A DNA stretch of 64,000 nucleotides, taken from NCBI GenBank assembly GCA_027717985.1, contig JALLOO010000001.1:80534-144533 (forward strand). The letters run 5' to 3'. The stretch's first letter is position 1, and the number at the start of each line of letters is the position of its first letter. Shown here piece by piece: positions 41,034-50,314 of this stretch. This DNA comes from Patescibacteria group bacterium AH-259-L05 (GTDB taxonomy: Bacteria; Patescibacteriota; Patescibacteriia; UBA2591; UBA6264). The notes beneath the pieces are model-generated. The model searched no databases and was not told the DNA's origin. It saw only the letters and a program-made list of their open reading frames with translations. Made by a program: the position numbers and the translations under genes.

Positions 41034-43721
41034 TTAATATATTTTTGATACATAAACTATCGGATATGTCTCGGCCAGACCAACCTCATAATCCTCGCCG
41101 ACGCCTGGCCTCCAGGCCATATATGAAATAAAAGCTTTTTGGCACATTTCTTTATTATTGATTGAGTCGAATATTCTGATTTTAAACCCATCTTTTGTTA
41201 CATTTTCTATCTGATAGTTAAATATATTACAGCCATCTTTTATTCTTGCCGAGCTCAAAACAACAGGTTTTATATCAAAAGGAGAAGGGAATTTAATATA
41301 CTGAGATGAAGTATTATCTGCTATATCAATTTCTGCGTTATGCATTTCTTGGGACTTTTTTTCACCATAACTAACCGAAATACTTTCTCTGACAAAATAA
41401 GAAACGAGCCCTTTAAAATCAGAGTCGATATTCTTGCTGTCAGCATAAGGGAGAGGACAAATATCAAAGCTGCGGGAAGTTATATTTTTTATATACACTC
41501 CAAAGCCTGGATTGTCACTCGTGGATAATTTTGCTATTATCACCGGATCTTTATATGGGTTTATAAAGTTTATTGTTTTACACTGATTTTCTAATTTAAC
41601 TTCACCCCCTTGATTTACACTGCCTATAACGACGTCTTTATTGTCCCAGACAAAATAAGCTATTTGTTGTTTTTGGCCAAAATCGTTATTGGAGTCCCTT
41701 ACATCCAATTTCATTTTAGCTTGAGAGGGTCCTATATCTTTAATCAACAGGTTGATCGGCTTATCAATATTGCTGGCAGTTTGGGCCTCGGCCATGACAA
41801 CGGGCCGACTATCAAAGTCTGGTTTAAAATAAACCGGCTGCCATGTACTGCCTATAAAACCCGGTGTCAGTATCTCGTTAATTGCATCCTCCTCCCACCC
41901 TAGGGAATCATTAAAAAAAAGACTTTTGATGTATTGAAATTTTTCAGGATTATTTTCTTTTAAGTCTTCTAGATAAGGCCGAACTTCTGATCCAATATGA
42001 GTGGTAAAATCATAAGCTATAATCTTATTTATTTTGAAGATTTTTATTCTCCCATTAGCAAATTCTATAACCTTGGTAAAACCTGGATTTGCATAATAAT
42101 ACAAAGATTCAAAATTCGTTTTAGAAGAAGTTACAATCACATAATCAATTGATTTATTTTCTAAAATATCTAGCAGATCATCTTCAATTATGGCGCTAAT
42201 TCTTTTGCTAGTCTTGTGCCACCATCCATCGAAGTAAAGAAATAAAACCTTTTTTTTCTGTGTTGCTTTTTTTTGTGGGATTGTTGCGATATCTGATCTT
42301 AAAAGAGGGATAGTATGAATAGGATAATTGCCCCGGGTGTAGAAATAGATACCTTGTCGGTATGTATGATCTGTCAAGAAACGAGAGCCTGGCGGAATAT
42401 TTTTAAGTATCCATTCCCCAGCCTTTTTAACCGGAGGGTAAAAGTTGTCACCAGCTTCTGGTTGTAAATTATACTCTTTATTAAAAATATCTCCGATGGG
42501 CCTAATTGTTTTGAGATAGTCCAGCATATTATTTTCGCCCACGGTAATCTGGATTAGTACTGCTGATATAACTAAAATAACACTCACTGTTATACCGGGC
42601 TGAGCTGTGAATTGTTTAATTTTGAAAAAGGTTTTTTTTCTCGTCACAGTCCTTGCCAGCCAAATTAGGAAATGAGCCAGGATAAGATAAGACAAGAGGA
42701 AGAACAAAAAGGTATGACCGGGCCTACCGCCCCATAGGCCGCTAAAATATATAATTGGGACAAGAAGAAGAAAACATACTGTTAGGACTATATCAGCCTT
42801 ATGTTTAAATACGGCTCGGATGAAGGTAAAAATCCAGGCAATCAAAAACAGAGGGGCAAGAATAAAATGAGGAGCCAAAATAAGACGATAATATTCTAAA
42901 AGACCTGATATGTAGTATGTCTGGCTAGCTGGAGGTAGATAAGGATAATTCCCTGATAGAAAGGGTCTTAGAACAACCTGCGCAGCCCTACCTCCTCCCT
43001 TGCCAAGCAAGGGAAGTTCTCCGTGCCCTATGTATCCATATAGTAGCCATGGCAGAATACCCACTAATAAGGCCAGAGAGAATAATATGACACCATAGAG
43101 ATTTTTTCGGGTACGATATTTTTTTATAAATAGCCAGAGCAGAATTGGAAAAGGAAAGAATAGTATAGTTAGTGTCTTAACTAAGAAACCGGCAGCCAAT
43201 GCTATTCCACTTGTCACAAATAACCACCATATATTTTTTTTAAAAGCAAGGACACAGAGTAATATGGACAAGAGTGTAAAAGTAGGGACAATGTGGTCAT
43301 AATGGATTAGGGCCGACCATTGACTTATACTGTATGAAGACAGTACGAGAAGACCGGCAGCCAGGCCTACTTTTTTGTTCCAGAGCTCCTTTCCTAAAAA
43401 GTATATAATTAAAGGATTTATTATATAAAATAATCGGTTCAGCAAAAAAATACTTTTAATTGATATGTCGAATAGCCAGAAAAATACAGCAACGAGAAAT
43501 GGAAAGCCTGGCGGCTTTAGGAAGATTGGGGACAAATCTGTGTCAACATAGCCCAGACCTTTATAAATGTTTAAACCCAAAGACTGGTACCATGATCCAT
43601 CGGTTGGTACGTTAACTTCTTTAAGAGGAGAAAGTAAGACCGCGATAATCAATAACCATGCCCAGAATGGGACTTTTTTTATCCAGACTTTAAATAAGCT
43701 TATAATATTTAACAGCGTCAT
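41034..43721 (-). CDS. GT39/ArnT/PMT-like polyprenyl-phosphate-dependent glycosyltransferase fused to three C-terminal H-type-lectin-like repeats
   Basis: About 12 TM helices in aa 1-390 with a first-loop VPTDGSWY region. In aa ~625-870, three internal repeats of the pattern x-F-x-x-P-F/Y-x-x-x-P-V-V...I-x-N-I/V-T-x-x-x-F-x-I...I-x-Y-x-x-W. Confidence 0.65.
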   Translation of the reverse strand: MTLLNIISLFKVWIKKVPFWAWLLIIAVLLSPLKEVNVPTDGSWYQSLGLNIYKGLGYVDTDLSPIFLKPPGFPFLVAVFFWLFDISIKSIFLLNRLFYIINPLIIYFLGKELWNKKVGLAAGLLVLSSYSISQWSALIHYDHIVPTFTLLSILLCVLAFKKNIWWLFVTSGIALAAGFLVKTLTILFFPFPILLWLFIKKYRTRKNLYGVILFSLALLVGILPWLLYGYIGHGELPLLGKGGGRAAQVVLRPFLSGNYPYLPPASQTYYISGLLEYYRLILAPHFILAPLFLIAWIFTFIRAVFKHKADIVLTVCFLLLVPIIYFSGLWGGRPGHTFLFFLLSYLILAHFLIWLARTVTRKKTFFKIKQFTAQPGITVSVILVISAVLIQITVGENNMLDYLKTIRPIGDIFNKEYNLQPEAGDNFYPPVKKAGEWILKNIPPGSRFLTDHTYRQGIYFYTRGNYPIHTIPLLRSDIATIPQKKATQKKKVLFLYFDGWWHKTSKRISAIIEDDLLDILENKSIDYVIVTSSKTNFESLYYYANPGFTKVIEFANGRIKIFKINKIIAYDFTTHIGSEVRPYLEDLKENNPEKFQYIKSLFFNDSLGWEEDAINEILTPGFIGSTWQPVYFKPDFDSRPVVMAEAQTASNIDKPINLLIKDIGPSQAKMKLDVRDSNNDFGQKQQIAYFVWDNKDVVIGSVNQGGEVKLENQCKTINFINPYKDPVIIAKLSTSDNPGFGVYIKNITSRSFDICPLPYADSKNIDSDFKGLVSYFVRESISVSYGEKKSQEMHNAEIDIADNTSSQYIKFPSPFDIKPVVLSSARIKDGCNIFNYQIENVTKDGFKIRIFDSINNKEMCQKAFISYMAWRPGVGEDYEVGLAETYPIVYVSKIY

Positions 43722-44572
43722 TTTTTGAATAGTTTTTTTAAAACACCCGGTAGTAAGTTATAAAAATATAATCTGGCACTATTTCCCTTTATCAGGGGAT
43801 CAACAAGTTGATGCCTTAGTCGAATTTTTAAAAAGTATTTTAAGTCTTTAAAACTCAAATCTCTAAGCGAAAATATTAATTTATTTTCACTCGTTGGGTG
43901 CATGAAAATTATAGCAGTTTCTCCCTGTTTTATTCTCCTTAGCTTACGAACAGGATAGGAGGGAAAGTATCTCCAACCATCTGCCACTACCAGATGGTCT
44001 AAGATATGATAGTAATTAAATCTTTTATCTTGTTGAGGCCCCATGCCAATGGTGAAATCATGATATAATAGACCTAATTCTTTAGGAGGAACGTCTTTAT
44101 AAATATCTCCATTTATTTTTCCGAGCGCGTCCATAGCAGGATGGCCGTGATAAACCATTCCTTTTATATCTTTGCCAATAAGGGCCGACAGCCTTCTAAC
44201 ATCCTTTTTTATATTTTTCAAGGCATTTTCCCCTAACGCGAGCTCTTCATAATAGTGGTCGGTATGCAGTCCCACTTCAAACCCCCTACTTGAGACAAGT
44301 TTGGGAATGGGCGAGTTCCAGGTGTTATAGTATCGTTCCGGATGTGTTAAGAAATAAAACGAGCCATGAATATTTTTTTGTTTTAAGTGCGTTGACAACT
44401 TACTGCATAGATCAAGCTCTTCATCTACATCAATACGTACGATTACATTGACTTTATTTTTTTTCGGTTGAGCGTTTCTTTTTATAAAGTATTCATAAAC
44501 AGAATAAGTTTGATATTTTTCCTTTGACAGTTCTTCGAAGAGTAGTTTATAGGGTTTTGCAATCCTCTCCAT
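43718..44572 (-). CDS. Putative polysaccharide deacetylase-like (CE4-like) protein
   Basis: VRIDVDEE and GLHTDHY resemble NodB motifs 1 and 2. This is a weak by-eye assignment. Confidence 0.4.
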   Translation of the reverse strand: MERIAKPYKLLFEELSKEKYQTYSVYEYFIKRNAQPKKNKVNVIVRIDVDEELDLCSKLSTHLKQKNIHGSFYFLTHPERYYNTWNSPIPKLVSSRGFEVGLHTDHYYEELALGENALKNIKKDVRRLSALIGKDIKGMVYHGHPAMDALGKINGDIYKDVPPKELGLLYHDFTIGMGPQQDKRFNYYHILDHLVVADGWRYFPSYPVRKLRRIKQGETAIIFMHPTSENKLIFSLRDLSFKDLKYFLKIRLRHQLVDPLIKGNSARLYFYNLLPGVLKKLFKK

Positions 44573-44575
44573 AAT

Positions 44576-45754
44576 TTATTTTTTTTTATTTGAGTAATAG
44601 AGTTCTAAGTAAAGCTCTTGGGTTTTTTTTACATGATCATTAAAGTCAAACTCTTTTTCAGCTTTTTTTCTAGCACGTTGGCCCATTTCTTGAGCCCTTT
44701 CTTTGTCTTTAATTAGCTTAATAATTGCTTTAGCCAGTGCCTCAGGATTTTTAGGAGGAATGATAATACCTGTTTGGTTATTATCTATAAATTCTCGCAT
44801 TCCTTGGGATTTTCCCTCCGTAGCAATTACTGACTTGGCCTCTGCCATTGATTCAAGAGTAGCCATTCCGCCGACCGGGTCGTCCATTGTCTCTACACTG
44901 ATATCAAGTGCGGCAATTATTTCCGGGATATCAGATCTAAATCCAGTAAAAATAACACTGTCACTAATGTTAAGTCTTTGAGCCATTTTGATCAATTTAT
45001 TTTTAGAAGGCCCATCGCCCACTATCATAAATTTTGCTTCAGGGATTTTTGGAAGGACTATCGTTGCTGCTTCTAGGAATAGATCAAATCTCATTGATGA
45101 TACTATCCTGGCTATTTTGCCTATTACCGGTGTATTAATATTTATATTAAATTCTTTTCTAATTTTTTCTCCAGATATGTCAGGATTAAACTTATTTAAA
45201 TCTATACCGTGGGGGATATAGCGAATTTTATCTTCGTTTATTCCTCGTTTCACTAGCTCATCTTTAATTGTTTTAAGGAGGGCGATAAATTTTGTCACCC
45301 AATATGTAAAGGGAAGTAATTTAAAAATCTTATAATGCAGACGTTCATAGCTTTGCATGGTGCACCCAGGAGTGCGGATTGATGGAATTCCTGCGATTCG
45401 AGCAGCTGATACTCCTACTATGTAGGAAAAAATACCATTGGTATGGACAATATCAATTTTTTCTTCGCGAATGAATTTAATTACTCTGTAAATAGGATTA
45501 ATACAAATCCAGGGTTTAATTATCGGTACCTTAAAAGAGGTGAGTCTTTTCAGTATTTGATCGGTCTCTGCATATTTGAGTAGTCCTAAATCGGCATTTA
45601 TAATTCTCTGACGCCAAGAGCCGTCTATAGCGTAGCCTACTATGCAATCGAATCTTGATTTATCTAGTTTTTCAGCTATTAAGATTGCGTAGTTTTGCTG
45701 TCCTCCTATACCAATATTATCAAGGAGCATGAGTACTTTAATTTTTTTCGTCAT
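44576..45754 (-). CDS. Glycosyltransferase family 4 (GT-B)
   Basis: LESMAEAKSVIATEG and a typical GT4 N-terminus KVLMLLDNIGIGGQQ. Confidence 0.7.
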   Translation of the reverse strand: MTKKIKVLMLLDNIGIGGQQNYAILIAEKLDKSRFDCIVGYAIDGSWRQRIINADLGLLKYAETDQILKRLTSFKVPIIKPWICINPIYRVIKFIREEKIDIVHTNGIFSYIVGVSAARIAGIPSIRTPGCTMQSYERLHYKIFKLLPFTYWVTKFIALLKTIKDELVKRGINEDKIRYIPHGIDLNKFNPDISGEKIRKEFNININTPVIGKIARIVSSMRFDLFLEAATIVLPKIPEAKFMIVGDGPSKNKLIKMAQRLNISDSVIFTGFRSDIPEIIAALDISVETMDDPVGGMATLESMAEAKSVIATEGKSQGMREFIDNNQTGIIIPPKNPEALAKAIIKLIKDKERAQEMGQRARKKAEKEFDFNDHVKKTQELYLELYYSNKKK

Positions 45755-46527
45755 AAGTTTTGGGGCTTATAGTTCAAGATATTTTGTAATTCTTTCCGTT
45801 CGGGAAAATTTATCAGCACTGCTCGGTTCAAGCCTTGATAAACAAAGAGACTGCCAGCAGCTACTGCCGATGCCCCAGACTTAGTTGATTGTTCTAAGTG
45901 TTCAATTTTGCCAGCGCCGCCGCAGGCAATTAAGGGAATAGTGATTGAACTAGAGACTTGTTTGATTAGATTAAGGTCATATCCTTCCATTGTCCCGTCT
46001 TGGTCAATCGAGTTTAAAAGTATTTCTCCCGCACCAATTTTTTCCATCTGACTGGCAAAATCTATAGGGTTTAGTTTAGTTGGTTTTGTTCCAGAATGAG
46101 TATAGACTCTGTATTTTCCGCCCAGCTTTTTTTTAACATCAATTGAGACAACAATGCTTTGGCTGCCAAATAAACTGGAAGCTTTTCTAATAAAGTCTGG
46201 ATTTTCAACTGCATAAGAACAAATGACAATTTTTTCTACACCCAAACTGAATATCTGCCTCATGTCATCGATATTTCTAATGCCGCCGCCATAGGCCATG
46301 GGCATAAAGCATTCATTAGTAATCTCAGATATAAGTTTAAATGGGGGTTTTCTGTTTTCATTCGTAGCATCAATATCAAGAAAAACTAGTTCATCAACCT
46401 CGAGATTGTTATAAATCCGGATCGTATTGATTGGATCGCCAATATAATTTTCATTCTTAAATTTGATTGTTTTGACTAAAGACAAGTCCTTAAGTAACAG
46501 ACATGGCATTACTCTTTTCATCAACAT
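45751..46527 (-). CDS. HisF-like cyclase subunit (WbuZ-type, glycan amidotransferase complex)
   Basis: (beta/alpha)8 HisF motifs (DELVFLDI, LIACGGAGK). Lies in a glycan cluster next to HisH-like and WbuX-like genes. Confidence 0.75.
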   Translation of the reverse strand: MLMKRVMPCLLLKDLSLVKTIKFKNENYIGDPINTIRIYNNLEVDELVFLDIDATNENRKPPFKLISEITNECFMPMAYGGGIRNIDDMRQIFSLGVEKIVICSYAVENPDFIRKASSLFGSQSIVVSIDVKKKLGGKYRVYTHSGTKPTKLNPIDFASQMEKIGAGEILLNSIDQDGTMEGYDLNLIKQVSSSITIPLIACGGAGKIEHLEQSTKSGASAVAAGSLFVYQGLNRAVLINFPERKELQNILNYKPQNL

Positions 46528-46533
46528 AGATAT

Positions 46534-47151
46534 CTATATATGTTCTGCAAAGTTTTTTAATAATTTCATACCAAATTTATGACTTTTTTCAGGATGAAAT
46601 TGAGCGCCGATAAGGTTATTATGTTGGATCATTGAAGTAAAATTATACCCATGGTATGTCGTTGTCAATATGTCTTGGGAATCATTGCAAACAATGTGAT
46701 ATGAATGGACAAAGTAAAACCTGGCATCTTGATACATATTTTTTAAGACAGGACTTTGTTTTTTTGTTGTAATGGTATTCCAGCCCATGTGCGGGATTTT
46801 TAAATTTGTTTGATCATTGTTAAATTTGAATCTGACTGTTTGGGCATTAATCCATGCGAGGCCAGGGAGCTGCCCTTCTTCACTCTTTTTACTGAATAGC
46901 TGCATACCAAGACAAACTCCCAAAATCGGCGTTTTCTCTTTGATAACTTTATGGTTTAAAATAGGGATGAGACCCGAATCTTTGAGATTTTTCATTCCAT
47001 TATCAAATGCACCCACGCCGGGTAAGATTAACTTATCAGCACTCATAATGTCTGAGGTGTTTGAAGAAATAAGGCTTTTTGTTCCAATTTTTTTGAGCAT
47101 ATTTTGGACCGAGCCTAGATTTCCTACTCCATAGTCAATAATTACAATCAT
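46534..47151 (-). CDS. HisH-like glutamine amidotransferase subunit (WbuY-type)
   Basis: GVCLGMQL (catalytic Cys), HSY and FHPEKS. Confidence 0.8.
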   Translation of the reverse strand: MIVIIDYGVGNLGSVQNMLKKIGTKSLISSNTSDIMSADKLILPGVGAFDNGMKNLKDSGLIPILNHKVIKEKTPILGVCLGMQLFSKKSEEGQLPGLAWINAQTVRFKFNNDQTNLKIPHMGWNTITTKKQSPVLKNMYQDARFYFVHSYHIVCNDSQDILTTTYHGYNFTSMIQHNNLIGAQFHPEKSHKFGMKLLKNFAEHI

Positions 47152-47167
47152 ATATTTTCCGTTTTAT

Positions 47168-48304
47168 TTAAGTCTTCTCTTTAGATGTGTATTTTATAAA
47201 AAATGTTTTTGGTACAAGATTCATTTTATACAGAATCCAAAAGAGCGGCCGCATTTTTTCAAATGTTTTTTTATAGGTTTTATAATCTTTGTATGATTTA
47301 AGCGGTAGAGCCATAATCTTTTCAGATTCCTCGTTTGATAACCCAAGTCGTTTTTTAAAGTATTCTACAAGCCCCTCTTCTAAATAGGGCGGCTGACTGT
47401 ATATCTCTAGTGCTTGTTCGCGGGTTATTTTACCGGCTCTCACAGACGCAGATAAGCTATGGTCTCTATTATCTATACCAAATTTTTTTGGTAGATAATA
47501 GCTATGGAAAAATGCCGTCATCCTGTTTTCCAAGTGATGCCCGCCATAGTACATCCAATTAAATTTTTTCTCCAAAAATTTTTTCGCTTCCTCTTTTGAA
47601 TATTTTATATACCACAGAGGACGAATTTTTTTAATTCTTTTTAATAGTATCCATTTTAAAAAGGTCAACAGTTTCATATTTGGGAATGTTTTGATTTTGT
47701 ATGTACCCAATTTTTTTTGTATATCATCTATATATTTTCCGTCAAAATACATTGTCCCCAAAGGTGAAACCCCTTCTGCCATAAATGAGTGTCCCTCTAA
47801 AATATATTTAATTCCATATTTATCTGCTGCCCGATATAGAACTTCGGCTAATCCTAGGTCAGTGGGTGCATCAAGTTCAGGTACACTCGCTTTAAAGAAC
47901 GATAAAAAAATGTCATCCATCTCTTTGTTATCCACCACATGGGTATATAAATCAACATTAAGTTTTTTTAATACCTTATAAATGTTTTCTGTTGCAATAT
48001 CAGTGTTCCAGGTGTTGTCATAATGTGCGGCCAAAGGGCGAAGCCCTAGCTCAACTGCTTTATAAATCATATATGAAGAATCTGTTCCTCCACTTACTCC
48101 TACCACACAATCATATTTTTTGTTTTTTCCAGCCAGTTTTATTTGCTCTACAATCTCATAAAATTTTTTTTCTCCTTCATCTGTCCCGGTCTTATATTCC
48201 TGTTTAAGTTGTTCAATTAAGTGACAGTAATTACAAACGCCCTTATCGTCGAAAATGATTCCTGCTGTATTTTCATCATAAATACACTTGGTACAAATTT
48301 TCAT
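47168..48304 (-). CDS. N-acetyl sugar amidotransferase (WbuX/LPS-biosynthesis PP-loop ATPase family)
   Basis: N-terminal Zn ribbon CTKCIYDE...CNYCH and the PP-loop VVGVSGGTDSS. Confidence 0.75.
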   Translation of the reverse strand: MKICTKCIYDENTAGIIFDDKGVCNYCHLIEQLKQEYKTGTDEGEKKFYEIVEQIKLAGKNKKYDCVVGVSGGTDSSYMIYKAVELGLRPLAAHYDNTWNTDIATENIYKVLKKLNVDLYTHVVDNKEMDDIFLSFFKASVPELDAPTDLGLAEVLYRAADKYGIKYILEGHSFMAEGVSPLGTMYFDGKYIDDIQKKLGTYKIKTFPNMKLLTFLKWILLKRIKKIRPLWYIKYSKEEAKKFLEKKFNWMYYGGHHLENRMTAFFHSYYLPKKFGIDNRDHSLSASVRAGKITREQALEIYSQPPYLEEGLVEYFKKRLGLSNEESEKIMALPLKSYKDYKTYKKTFEKMRPLFWILYKMNLVPKTFFIKYTSKEKT

Positions 48305-48305
48305 G

Positions 48306-49193
48306 TTATTTTTTTATTTCCCAATCAGTTATGGTTACATAACCATCTTTTGTGGCTATTTTTATTTCTTTTTCATCTTGACTCAAAATAAATCCTGACT
48401 TATAAGGGATTTTATCAATTTTAGTAGGGAGCTTAGCAGACCAGGCTTTTATCTTTTGCCCTTTTTTATCAAAAAAAAGGGCTCCAGGATAAGGCTTGGT
48501 TTGGGCCCGTATCCAATTGTATATTTCCCAAGAGGTTTTATTCCAGTCAATTAATCCTTGTTCCGGCCTCCTTTGAGGAAAATAGGTAGCCTGAGCTTCA
48601 TTTTGTTCTATTCTAGGCGCCCGCCCCATTTCTATTAAAGGAATATATTTTTTTAAGATTTGTAAGGACGCTGCAGTGGCTTTATCATAAACCGTCTTTA
48701 TCGTATCTTTTCTAGTAATAGAGAATTCTTTTTGTGCAATAATATCTCCATTGTCTACGCCCTGAACAAAGTAAAAAAAACTAACACCAGCTTTTTTTTC
48801 TCCATTGATAATTGCCCATACTAATGGTGCTCCGCCTCGATATTGAGGCAGTAACGAAGCATGAATACCTGCGCAGCATAAGCGAGGAATATCTAAGATA
48901 ACTTTTGGGATTATGTAATACCAGCCGGCCACGAAAATAAAATCTGGCTTATAATTTTTGATTTGATTTACATATTGTTTCATTTTGCCTGTAACCTCAA
49001 CCATGGGAATGTTAAATTTTTGAGTAATTGTTTTAAAGTTTTTGTGTGTAACGATTTTTACTGGTTTTTTAGAATAAGAGATTGTAAAGGACTGAGGAAT
49101 AGTATAGATGGCGACTATACTTTTTTTCATTTCTAAAAGCTTCTCAAGGCAGGTAAAACCAAATTCAGTTGAGCCCATAAAAATTATTCTCAT
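48306..49193 (-). CDS. Formyltransferase (Fmt/ArnA-N-like; probable sugar N-formyltransferase)
   Basis: HASLLPQYRGGAPL and IIFMGSTEFG. Located in a glycan cluster. Confidence 0.75.
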   Translation of the reverse strand: MRIIFMGSTEFGFTCLEKLLEMKKSIVAIYTIPQSFTISYSKKPVKIVTHKNFKTITQKFNIPMVEVTGKMKQYVNQIKNYKPDFIFVAGWYYIIPKVILDIPRLCCAGIHASLLPQYRGGAPLVWAIINGEKKAGVSFFYFVQGVDNGDIIAQKEFSITRKDTIKTVYDKATAASLQILKKYIPLIEMGRAPRIEQNEAQATYFPQRRPEQGLIDWNKTSWEIYNWIRAQTKPYPGALFFDKKGQKIKAWSAKLPTKIDKIPYKSGFILSQDEKEIKIATKDGYVTITDWEIKK

Positions 49194-49204
49194 ATTTTCA
49201 TCTG

Positions 49205-50302
49205 TTAAACTTGTTTATTTTTTTTTCTGCCGGAAACAAAATAACCTGCATATTTCCACCCTTTTGGCTGAATAAATTGTATGTTATAAAGGTTATTGTT
49301 TTTAAACCAAGATTTAATTTCTTCCCGAGCGTGATGACTTACATATTTAGGATGATACCAGTCAAGATTTATTAAAGTAGAGCTGTCAAAACCTAAGCTC
49401 TTGTTATAAAAACATTTTAAAAAGTGGTCATAAATAAATTTCTGCAGATTATACCTTCCCTTTTTAATTTCTAACAAAGGTATATCGCAGTCTATAATTA
49501 AAGGTTGTTTAAGTTTTTGCAAGGACTTCCCTAATTTTGTCATTTGTTCTGAAAATTTTAAACATTGTGCAAAAGTCATTTCTGTTGATATTTCTCTAAT
49601 TTTCTCATCAGCTAATTCTCGAAGAAAGGGTTTTTTGCAATATATATAAATTCCAATAAGTCCACCAGGTTTTAAGTGGTTGCACAACGCTTGGAAAGCT
49701 TTTTTAGCGTCTCCGGTGTGATGTAATACGCCGATCGAAAAAATGATATCGAAAAAGTTTTTTCTAAAAGGCAAGCGAAGTAGATCGGCCTGAGCGATAA
49801 AAACATTCGAGATATTTTTCGTTAGTTTATAGGCTGTTTCAACAGATAGTGACAGATCAACTGCGAACCTGTTTACCTTTTTATTTCTATTGAACAGGTA
49901 TTCACTCCATGCGACTCCGCATCCCACATTTAAACAATTCATGTTATCTTTAAACAATTTGTTTAATTCTGTTGCCTTTTTAACACCAAGTGTAGCAAGA
50001 AGTTGTTCTTTAAGTAGTTTGAATTCAGCTTTGTCATCTAGCCCCCATACTCGATATGTTTTTTCTCTCCATTTGTCTCCAAAACTTTTTCCTGTTTTTG
50101 TTGCGCCAGAAGCGGCTGTCCGAGACTCGTCATAAAACCTTTTTGGTACAAATCTGGGGATGCCATCAATTATTGGATAGGTATGTTTTTGAAAAATAAG
50201 TCTGCCGCGAATAATTTTTCCGCCCCGAGAGGAATTAATTTTAAGTTCCAGCGGTTCGTTCGTTAGCGGATCAATCAGAAAATGAATCCATTTTTTTTGC
50301 AT
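49205..50302 (-). CDS. SAM-dependent methyltransferase with N-terminal Trm112-like zinc-ribbon-like segment
   Basis: YPIIDGIPRFVP, LNVGCGVAWSEY and FDIIFSIGVLHH. Confidence 0.7.
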   Translation of the reverse strand: MQKKWIHFLIDPLTNEPLELKINSSRGGKIIRGRLIFQKHTYPIIDGIPRFVPKRFYDESRTAASGATKTGKSFGDKWREKTYRVWGLDDKAEFKLLKEQLLATLGVKKATELNKLFKDNMNCLNVGCGVAWSEYLFNRNKKVNRFAVDLSLSVETAYKLTKNISNVFIAQADLLRLPFRKNFFDIIFSIGVLHHTGDAKKAFQALCNHLKPGGLIGIYIYCKKPFLRELADEKIREISTEMTFAQCLKFSEQMTKLGKSLQKLKQPLIIDCDIPLLEIKKGRYNLQKFIYDHFLKCFYNKSLGFDSSTLINLDWYHPKYVSHHAREEIKSWFKNNNLYNIQFIQPKGWKYAGYFVSGRKKNKQV

Positions 50303-50314
50303 AACTTATATTTT

